A stretch of DNA of 64,000 nt from Octopus sinensis (Eukaryota). Every line of letters begins with the position of its first letter. The stretch's first letter is position 1. The stretch is from positions 74,710,001-74,774,000 of the forward strand of contig NC_042997.1 of the NCBI RefSeq assembly GCF_006345805.1, written 5' to 3'. The translations under genes and the position numbers were made by a program. Shown here in pieces: positions 26,501-38,648 of the stretch. The notes under the pieces are model-generated. The model did not search any database, was not told where the DNA came from, and saw only the letters and a list, made by a program, of their open reading frames with translations.

Positions 26501-28446
26501 GACTAACAATGTTTGCAGCTGAAGAGAGCTTTAAACCAGCTTTTATATCAATAATACACTGATGTAATAACGGATTGTTTATAAAGCTTGAAATATGTGT
26601 ACCGCGATATCCTTTGTGTTCTGTTTTAAACTTTATTTGATAGATTCTCTCTCACCTCTACCATTATCTTGCATATACAGGTGCTTGTACTTATCAAGTA
26701 TTCACCCTAAATTTACAGTACCTATAAATATACATATAATCAAAATAAGCAACAAGGATATCCAAGGTAGTGTAGTACAATCGTTTTATGCTACTTCATT
26801 TTATTAAACAATGTAAGTATTATATTAGTTTTAAATGTAGAGCAGTCTTCAGTCACATATAGAATTTTCCAATTAAATAGACAATGTACATTTTTATACT
26901 TATTCCATTTACCAACATTACAAAGAGGGTAGATATATAGACAGAGAGGTTAATTTCATCATTAAGAACATGGTAGTAGAAGGTCCTTCCCTATGGCCAG
27001 ATTTTTTTATCACTGAGTTCACTTAGTTATTTAGATTTATCAATGGGGAGGGTTTAGAAGAAGGGGTAGTACAAATGTCAAAGAAATAAATCCAACCCCA
27101 TTATGAGGAATTTAACTTTGGCATATTTGTATGTATTTTAGCTAAAGTTAGCAGGCTGAAGCTAGTGGGGTAGGGAGAATAGAGACTACTAATGCTCTAG
27201 AGATTTCTAAGGTTCTTAACCATTCAACAGCCATAATCTTGTTTGTGATTTTAAATAAATATCCTTTAGATAGTTTTTTCCAACGGATTCCAATAAATTT
27301 TAGTATCTTATATAGGGATGGAGAATATAGAAATCATTTCATATTTATATAAATATATATCAATTTTTATTAATATAGATTTATAGTTAGTTAGTAAATA
27401 GTGATTCATTTTTATTAATGAGTTAAACTAAAGGAATATGCTAGACATAATATTTATTACCTGTAAAAAAAAAACCTTATCAATTAGCACGTTGTCAAGA
27501 GCCTATAAGATATATTAAAATGTAATGGAAGGGAGGAAATCAGGATGACCTAAATAATTTCACTAGATATATGGAATATATTCAGTCCTATATAGGAAAG
27601 TATGTGTAATTTATGCAATCCTATATAGGAAAGTATATGTAATTTATGCAATCCTATATAGGAAAGTATATGTAATGTTGGCAAATGGAATAAGTATAAA
27701 AATGTACATTGACTATTTAATTGGAAAATTCTATATGCGGCTGAAGATTGCTCTACATTTAAAACTGATGTAATACTTACATTGTTTAATAAAATGAAGT
27801 AGCATGAAATGATTGTACTACACTATCTTGGATATCCTTGTTGCTTATTTTGATTATAATCACCCCATTTGATTTATATGGATAATACCATACCAAATTC
27901 TGGTGCCTTTAAACTTAGGTACCATATTCATCTGAATCTAAATTTTGCTGAACTTTATATATATATATATATATATATAAATTCTATAATTATGAGCATA
28001 ATTATAATTAGGGTTCAGCAAAATTTGCTTCACCACATACGGAAATTTAGAAATAGCAGTTAAAATACTATTCTACAACCATAATTCCAGTAATAAATCT
28101 AAATAACAAAGTAACTTCCTGTGAAAAAATATCAGTTACTACTATGATATTGTTGATGAAACTTGTTCTTTGTCTATCTACTTACCCTCTTTGTGATTTT
28201 GGTTAATGGAATAACTATACAAATGAATCCTTTGAATTTAAATTCTATATTTTTATTGCTCTACATTTTAAAACTGATGTAATATTTACATTGTTCAGTT
28301 AAATGGAGTCACATGAAACGATCGTACTGCATTACCTCTGGATATCCTTCTTGCTTATTTTGATTGTAATCACCCCATTTTGAATTATATGGATAATACC
28401 ATACCAAATTCTGGTGCCTTTAACTTAAGTACCATATTCAACTGAA

Positions 28447-28478
<32 letters not shown>

Positions 28479-29195
28479 AATATCAATAAATAAATATATA
28501 TATATCAATATGTAAATAATAGAAATATTAAAATTACTAAGTCTCTATAAAAGAGATTACGGCAGCGTTTACTGGAAATTAATTGTTATCGCCATATTAA
28601 TATGGCATTCTTATAGATATAAGAATAATCGCAGCCATGGTCAGCTCCATGAGGCCACCGCCATCAAGATAGCTATTGATACACGATCTGTATCCATTAT
28701 AACCTTCGAACAAGGGAGGTCAGCTGCTTCACACTGCCAGTCCGACAGCTACAGACGCGTTTCGGGGTATTGCCCCTTGTCAATGTAGCGCAGTCAGACC
28801 CGCAGGTGTCGCCACTGACGTCTCTGTTCGAAGGCTTATATTTACCTAGTTTCAGTGGAATACATCCACTTGTTTTCAATAATAGAAATATTAAAATTAC
28901 TAAGTCTCTATAAAAGAGATTATGGCAGCGTTTACTGGAAATTAATTGTTATCGCCATATTAATATGGCATTCTTATAGATATAAGAATAATCGCTGCCA
29001 TGGTCAGTGTGAAGCGGCTGACCTCCCTTGTTCGAAGGTTATAATGGATACAGATTGTTTATCAATAGCTATCTTGATGGCGGTGGCCTCATGGAGCTGA
29101 CCATGGCAGCGATTATTCTTATATCTATAAGAATGCCATATTAATATGGCGATAACAATTAATATGTAAATATATATATATATATAAACATATAA

Positions 29196-29227
<32 letters not shown>

Positions 29228-30767
29228 AAGATAAGAAAATGGAGAAATACATCAAAATCAAATATCAATTACCAGATAATACTCAATCACATACTTTATT
29301 AAACCACCACATAAGAGACTGTAGGGTTAAATATAAAAAGCAGAACAAATCAGTGTACATAAAGGAATGTACATAAAAAAGTACATAAATGAGTAATATT
29401 ATTGTATAATAATTAGAATATATATAAAAAAGAATATAAATACAAGTAAGTATAAATATAAGTATAAATTAGATCTTACAGCTGTTTCGGCCATGTCAAT
29501 AATTATGTCTCATTTTGCCAATATTAGCCCTTTATGGTTGGTCAATATATAGATATAAATGAGACATTAACAAAAATATCACAAGGCCTCTTCGGAGATT
29601 ATGTAATATAACAGTCTACACATATACCCACATGGGTGTGGGTGCGTACCCACAATACAACATATATACATATGAGTGCATATACTCACACTCCTATACA
29701 TATAAAAAAATATACATTTACATAATGATATAAATAAATAATATAAATTAGTAAACATATATATGTGTTCCACACCCAATGTCTCAGTTTTTTGACTTAA
29801 TATTGTGATAATAAACATACACAAATTAATACCTAGATGTAAATATACATAGTCAATAGTACATTATATTACTTCATAATAGTTTCCAAAGTGTCATTAA
29901 AGTTAGTATCATTATCGTTGTCAATACAATTAATGTTATCATTGTTATCATTCATAATATTATTAATAACTCTTACATTATGATCCAGAGCAGAATATAT
30001 GTATGTCCGTGTTCCAGTTAATAATTTTCCTTATGGCATAAATATACTATTGGATTTGAATTTAAAATTATCATTATCTTCCTCACGGTTGGTCAATTGA
30101 GAATCGCCCGACCTTCACCACACCGTACAAGCAAAACATCCACATCCACATCTAACCCTAAACCTATACATCCACACAGAGACTCACACACACATGTACA
30201 CACACATGAATACACCCCGACACATCTCTACAAAAATTGGAGAGTGCATGTCTGTCATCGTATTGCTTATAGACATATCAGTACAGGCAGCAGTGTCTAA
30301 CACTAACACACACACTCACACGCACATCCGCATATACGCATAAATATTAATACACTTTCCTATACTGTGTCAGGGAACTTTCGCACACACACATATATAT
30401 ATATTTTTTTAAATATATATTTGCGCATTCATACGTACAAATAAAACTCATATTTATATCTACCCAAGAATGAATATTCGCATATACACATATATACACA
30501 TCCAAGCACGCACCTGCGTGCTTATATGTGTAATAAAAACATACATCCGTACATCCACCCATGATCATACCTATAAGTACAAAAACATATATACTTACAC
30601 ATACACATTTTCACACACCTACAGAGGTTACTATTAATTTAGAATAAGTTTATTAATTATAAGTTAAATTAATTATAGATTAGTAAGTGCCAAATAAACA
30701 AAAAAACAAAAAAACAAAAATAAATAATTACATAAATGAATATGAATATATATATACATAGACATAC

Positions 30768-30802
<35 letters not shown>

Positions 30803-31579
30803 CATACACATATCCATGTATAGATAAACAGATAAATAAAATGGAATACAAATTAAGGAGGGCATAAAGATAAACCTAATATAGTAAGTATAAGTGGATA
30901 TGCCAGGGTGCACCCACATGCACATACATGTGTGTGCACGCCCTCGCAAAACCCCCAATAAACCAACTGTAAAAAAAAAAAGGGAATGCCACATTAAATG
31001 CTCATCGAGATAAACAACTTATAGTAATTATAGACTCTTACATATTACATATTGGTATATTAAAAACTCAAACTAGTGCCCTAAGATATGATGCACCTAT
31101 ACATCTTACACCTATAAAAGACTCTGTGGGGTTCCGAATATCATGCATATATCAGAATAACTGTATATTTCTGTATATTTTTTCAGTCGGGACAGAAACA
31201 ATTAATGTAGAACACATACATGGAGACACAAAAGTTATAACTTATAAATTGTAAGGACCAATAGTACAGTCCTATATAGATGAATGCTAAAAGGTTACTG
31301 GTAGAAGAATTAGGTGTTATTTAAATCTAGAGAAAGTGTACGCCAATTTGTGAAGGCAAAAAAAATTTCGCTCATTAACGCTGTTAATAATGGGTTGGCC
31401 GGCTTTGATGATGAAGAAAATTTCATTGATACTATTGTATACAGGTGCAGATGTTAATATTTCCCAATCTAGTTTAAAATCTATGTTCTTACTCTTGAGT
31501 TCCCAGATATACGTACTTAGCCCCGTAGAGTTCATACGTTATCCCATAGAGGGTTGCATTTACAACCCCTATCTCAATT

Positions 31580-31623
<44 letters not shown>

Positions 31624-34600
31624 TAAATAAATGGTACAACGAAGTACCGATATTTACTGGAAAATAGCGATCATAATAAATACGATGCTATTGTATAGCT
31701 TCACTGCCTATATACTAGTAAAGACGTGTGTGTGCAACAAACATGAAAAACGAAAAACCTAGAAACGGATAATGCAGTACCGGTTTCAGACTCTTCAAAT
31801 ACGTTTGCCAACATAGATTTGATTTGTCTTCATCAGCTGCATATACCTCGTCAAAATTTCAAATGTTGCCACATCTATGCCAGTACACTCGTCTGAACGC
31901 CAAAATGTTAACAGAACGAGAACAGTGAAGAAGTTTCAATGAAAATAGTAATGCAATACGAAAGTATTGCTTTCCAGTAAAAGATAACCCGTAAAATTTC
32001 CGGTGTGGTAGCTAGGTTTAGAATCAAAAGGCCTTAGAGTCAATGTAGCAAAGACCAAAATACTAGTAAGTAGAAAGACAAACTCATCACACACACTCTC
32101 AGGTAGGTGGCCCTGCTCGATCTGTAGAAAAGTGTAAGCTATGGACACATAAGAGGTGCAGCAACATCAAAGGAAAATTAATCGAGAAGATAGTTTTCGT
32201 GTGTGGCAGACACACAGGGGCAATAGACACCACAGATACTCAGAAAACAGATTCCATCACACTCCAAGTGGAGAAACTAGAAGTAATTGATAGCTTCCAC
32301 TACCTAGGTGACCAAGTTAGTAGTGGGGGTGGATGCGCAGGGATTGTTACCACTAAAATACGAATAGCCTGGGAAACGTTTAGAAAGCTTCTTCCCCTAC
32401 TGGCAACAAAGGGTCTCTCACTCAGAGTGAAAGGTAGATTGTACGATGCATGTGTGCGAACTGCCATGCTTCACATCAGTGAAACATGGGCTGTGACTGT
32501 GGAGGACATGCATAGGCTCGAAAGAAATGAAGCTAGCATGATCTGCTGGATGTGTAATGTCAGTGTGCATGCACGACAGAGTGTAAGTGCCCTGAGAGAA
32601 ATGTTGGACATAAGAAGCATCAGATGTGGTATGCAGAAGTGACATTTGCGTTGGTATGGTCATGTACTACGGATGGATGAGGGGAGAAGTGTGAATAAGT
32701 GCCACTCGCAAACAGTTGAAGGTATCCAGGGTAGAGGTAGACCCAGGAAGACACAGGATGTGGTCAAGCATGACCTTCGAAAGTTGGGCTTCACAGAGGC
32801 AATGACGAAAGACCTAGACCTCTGGAGACATGCTGTGACTGTGAAGACCCCACAAATGAAGTGAGTTTATGGCTCACAGGACGGCCTGCTGTGCTTACCT
32901 TGAATTGTAGGGCAACCTATTGTGCTTGAGGAGACCTATTGAGTCAAGTACATCAACATCAAAATAAATATCAAATGGAAATTGTAGTTGTGATACCCAT
33001 GCCAGTGGCACGTAAAAAACTCCATCCGATCGTGGCTGATGCCAGCCCCCTCTAGCCCTTGTACCAGTGGCATGTAACAAGCACCCACTTCACTCACGGA
33101 GTGGTTGGTGTTAGGAAGGGCATCCAGCTGTAGAAACACTGCCAGATCAGACTGGAACCTGGTACAACCTCCTGGCTTCCCAGACACTGGTCAGACCGTC
33201 CAACCCATGCTAGCATGGAAAACTGATGTTAAATGATGATGATGATAAATATATATGGAATGATAAATATATATGGAATTTGTATATTGTTCCTTCAATG
33301 AGGTGGATGCAAGTTCTGCAGTTAGAACAACCAGATTTTTTGACGGTTGATGGTGGGTAATTTTGCATTGGTGAGTAGGTTTTTTATTACTTTATGGGTT
33401 TCGAGTAATTTTTTTCGACATGGGTCAGTTGTGGGATGTTCTTGTATATAATTGTGTAAGCTTCTGCATTTCTTGGATTGTGTGTTCAGAGATATGGGAG
33501 AATATTCAATGTACCTTGAGTGTGTTTTGGTTTACATAAGTCTTAGGTATCGAATGTCTTGGCCTGTTCTATTCCCTTGTCAACTAATGATGCTGGCTAA
33601 TGTCTTTCAAAAAGAATTGCCTTTAGTTCTTGGAGTCTTTTATTTCGCATTCTATAATTTAAGACAAATGTACAAATTCTTCTCAATAGGTTGAAGGGAA
33701 TGTTTGTCTGTGTGTGTTTTGGGTGATTGGAGGTGAACAGGAGGTATTGTTTGGAATCAGTTAGTTTGTAGTGGATATCAGTTTCAATGTTGGTGCTTTT
33801 TTTATAATAAGAATGTCAAGAAAAGGAAGTTGGTCTTGACTATATTCCATTGTAAATAGGATATAGTTGTTGAAACTGTTGATTAAATTTTTGAAATCAC
33901 TGAGTTGGTCAAGTGTGTGGGACCATAGGATGAGGCAGTCATCCAAGTAGCATTTCCAATTCTCCAAGAAGTATTTGTAGAAAGACAGGCCGTATTTTCA
34001 TTTGAATTGTTTCTAGATTTGTAATTCTAGGTAGGCCATCACCAGGTTGGCATAAGTTAGTATATATAATTATTAATATTAGGGAAGTTATTTCCAAGTC
34101 CACAGGGGAGAGAAAATTCAATTTAGCGGTACTGAAATGAATTTCTCGCTGTATTATGAACAACATATTTGAAAGCCATGGGTTTCCTGTGATAAGAGTG
34201 GAGGAGCTTCACTCTGTTGTTCAGTCTCTAATCAAAGTTCAGCATCAAAAACAGGGAGTCTAATGTTGGGGTGCCTAGTGGGGTAATCTATAGTTACCTT
34301 GATACTTTAGTCTCCAATACCTGTCTATCAGTGTTATTATTAAAATTCGAAAAGTTGTTTTCAAGTATAAACTTAAGGCCCTTGATGATAAAATTTGAAA
34401 TTTACAGAAAAACAAAAGACAAAGACAGGTGTATAAACAACAAGCAGGTGTATTAGTTTGATGGTCGAGAAGGATGTATATATATATATATATATATAGT
34501 TAATCCAAACATGAAAACACAAAGAGAAAACACAACAACGCGAGGACGTGGAACAAGTCTAGTATTATTGGACGCTCAGGAGAGGAAAGAAAAAAGGAGG

Positions 34601-36555
34601 AATTAACATTTCGAGCGGAGCTCTTCATCAGAAACATAGTAAAAGGAAAGATCCAAGGAAGGGAAGACGGGGAAAAAAATCGGCGTCACATATATGTATG
34701 TAAGTGCTAGGCTTGCAGGGCATTAGTTCTGGGGTCGATTTGCTTGACAAAAGGCCATGTACCAGCATGCTCCAGTCAAATGAATGAAACAATAAAAGAA
34801 TGAAAGAATATATATAAATATATGTATAGAGGAATTCAAGACGGGTTGCCCCTGGGAGCTCGTCTATGCTGATGACCTGGCCCTCGTAGCAGAATCACTA
34901 CCATAACTAGAAAAAATAAATTTCGGGTGTGGAAACTAGGTTTAGAATCAAAGGGCCTTAGAGTAAATGTAGCAAAGACCAAAGTTATAGTAAGCAGAAA
35001 GGCGAACTCATCACACACACTCTCGAGCAGGTGGCCCTGCTCGATCTGTAGAAAAGGTGTAGGTAGAAACTCCATAAGATGTACCCAGTGTAAGCTATGG
35101 ACACATAAGAGGTGCAGCAACATCAAAGGAAAATTAACTGAGAAGCTAGCTTTCCTGTGCAGCAGATGCACAGGGGCAATAGACACCACAGATACTCAGA
35201 AAACAGATTCCATCACATTCCAAGTGGAGAAACTAGAAGTAGTTGATAGTTTCCGCTACCTAGGTGACCAAGTTAGTAGTGGGGGTGGATGCTCAGAGAG
35301 TGTTACCACTAAAATACAAATAGCCTGGGAAACGTTTAGAAAGCTCCTACCCCTACTGGTGACAAAGGATCTCTTGCTCAGATTGAAAAGTAGATTGTAC
35401 GATGCATGTGTGCGAACCACCATGCTTCACGGTAGTGGAACATGGGCTGTGATTGTGGAGGACATGCGTAGACTTGAAAGAAATGAAGCTAGCATGATCT
35501 GCTGGATGTGTAATGTCAGTGAGCACACACAACAGAGTGTAAGCGCCCTGAGAGAAATGCTGGACATAAGAAGCATCAGATGTGGTGTGCAAGAGAGACG
35601 TTTGCGCTGGTATGGTCATGTACTGCGGATGGATGAGGAGAGATATGTGAATAAGTGCCACTCGCAAACAGTTGAAGGTATCCGGGGTAGAGGTAGACCC
35701 AGGAACACATGGGATGAGATAGTCAAGCATGACCTTCGAACATTGGGCCTCACAGAGGCAATGATGAAAGACCGAGACCTCTGGAGACATGCTGTGACTG
35801 CAAAGACCCGACAAATAACGTGAGTTCATGGCTGCTTCCTGCACTAGTTTCGCATAGCCCCAGCCCATCTAAAGTAAATTGGATTGCAGAACGACCTGCT
35901 GTGCTTACCTTGGATCATAGGGTGACCTGCTGTGCTTGAGGAGACCTATTGAGGCAAGTACATCAACATCAAAATAAATATCAAATGGAAATTGTAGTTA
36001 TGATACCTGTGCCGGCGGCACATAAAAAGCACCATCCGAATGTGGCCGATGCCAGTGCTGCCTCGACTGCCTTCTGTGCCAGCGGCACATGACCTGCTGT
36101 GCTTGAGGAAATCTATTGAGTCAAGAACATCAACATCAAAATAAATACCAAATGTACATAAAAAGTACCATCCAAATGTGGCCGATGCCAGGGCCACCTT
36201 GACTGGCTTCCATGCTGGTGGCATGTAAATAGCACCAACTGATCGTGGCTGCTGCCAGCCTCCCCTGGCACCTGTGCCGGTGACACGTAAAAAGCACACA
36301 CTACACTCACAGAGTGGTTGGCGTTAGGAAGGGCATCCAGCTGTAGAAACACTGCCAGATCAGACTGGAGCCTGGTGCAACCTCCTGGCTTCCCAGACCC
36401 CGGTCGAACCGTCCAACCCATGCTAGCACAGAAAACGGACGTTAAACGATGATGATGAGATATATATATATACATACATATAATATTAATTAGAGACAAA
36501 ACCACTATTATGCAAATCAAACAAAGAACATGTATGTATATATGCATATATATAT

Positions 36556-36623
<68 letters not shown>

Positions 36624-37130
36624 TATCTATATATATAAAACTCTAGTTGTGTGAGTGTCTGTCCCCTTCGATTTAGATTCCTAACTCCTCCCACATTTTG
36701 CGGTGCAGTTTAACCAAATTCGGGTATCTTATAGTCGTGATTAATATCGAGCCCGTCTGGCTATTAGCGCGAGTCTACGATTTTAAAAATAATTTAACAT
36801 CATTTTTTATTCCATTTTAATGCATAATTTTTTGTGTGTCGATGACGGCAGAGTTGGCGTCCACGCTCAAACACCTGCAACTGTGTTTGCTTCTCCCCCT
36901 TCTTCCCTCCCTCGTGAAGCTGTGGGGAAGGGAGCGTAAGGAAATCAACGTCATAAAGCGTTGTCAAGGAGACCAGCGTTCTTTTAGAACAACGACTTCA
37001 TGGCTTGAAGACACCAAAACAGAAATGGCTAAGAAAGCCCGAATTGGCATCTATAAGGGGAGTAACTCTCTAAAAATGCTTATATAGTTATTTCCCTTAC
37101 AAACCCGAGCAACGCCGGGCGATACTGCTA

Positions 37131-37198
<68 letters not shown>

Positions 37199-38613
37199 GC
37201 ATATATATGTATATATATGCACATATATATATATATATGCATATATATGTACATATATATGCATATATATATGCATATATAATTATTAATATTAGGGAAG
37301 TTATTTCCAAGTCCACAGGGGAGAGAAAATTCAATTTAGCGGTACTGAAATGAATTTCTCGCTGTATTATGAACAACATATTTGAAAGCCATGGGTTTCC
37401 TGTGATAAGAGTGGAGGAGCTTCACTCTGTTGTTCAGTCTCTAATCAAAGTTCAGCATCAAAAACAGGGAGTCTAATGTTGGGGTGCCTAGTGGGGTAAT
37501 CTATAGTTACCTTGATACTTTGGTGGGTGGAGTTAGTTACTTGCTAGATGCTCTCTATTATGTTCCTCTCAGTTTCTACACTACCATTACTAGAGTTGGT
37601 CTTAATTAGGATATTAATGCCGTCTATATACCTACTGTAAAGTAAAAGTGTTGTGGACTGTTCTGCTAAGGATTGCTGAAGTTTTCTGCCCCATCAGTTC
37701 ATGAAGAGGCCGGCCACATCTCCAGCTACACTGACACCAATGGCTGCACCTTGAATCTGCATGTATAAATTCTTGTTAAACTTTACCCTGTGGTTCTTCA
37801 ATGTGGTTCTTACACTACCCCCTATTGCTTGTGCAATCATTCTTACACATACACTACACTACACACAAGGACACATATGGAGACACACATCCACACATGG
37901 AGACACAAATCCATAAACACAGACACAGTACAGTCACAAAAGCCATACACACACATATCCAGACACACTCAGACATGCACACACACACGCATAAAAACAC
38001 ATGAATATGCAGAATACATACAAATGTACACACATACATACGCACACATACACAGAGACACATGTATGCATGCTTAATCAATGTTGTTATCGTGCAATGC
38101 CTGTGCAAGAAGATTTTTTTTAAAGTGAGGAAAGGCTGTGCACAGAGTCAATCCCACTCACTAAGCAACAGCAGCCATAATCTGAAAAGAAGAACAAGTC
38201 AACATCATCGGTAACCACTGAGCCGCAGGTTTTATGTTGGAGTTATCCCAGTTTTCTGAGTTACCTTCTAGAAGGATGCCCTAACAAAGGCTAGGAGTCC
38301 TTCACTCCCAATGGTTTAACCGCGCGATCGGGTATTCAGTCCAATTATTTCTATGTCCCAGCGCATGATACAGCCTTAAGGCATTTATTGGATGGCCGTT
38401 GACTCTCAAGAGTTCCTCCGCCCTTTGACGGGTTTTATTTTTCATCCCGCAAGGTGTCCAATAAACACCCTCCTCACCAAGCAAGCTTGGTGGGGTTGCT
38501 GGTTTAGTTGCCAACGACTTCACCATGCAACAGGTTGTACTGGGTTACATGTTACCAGTAGCACTCGAAAGTGACCTGACATACATACATACATACATAC
38601 ATACATACATACA

Positions 38614-38648
<35 letters not shown>

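Noticed and set aside
25850-27350. Long minus-strand frame if TAA/TAG are read as Gln (ciliate-type code, possible parasite DNA)
   Set aside because: TGA also occurs in frame, TAA and TGA interchange between the repeat copies, and stops at this density are expected in such AT-rich DNA. Kept only as a check under the unexplained-block finding.
34860-34880. CTGATGA inside RTE copies
   Set aside because: It is the coding sequence of the YADD motif (TATGCTGATGAC).
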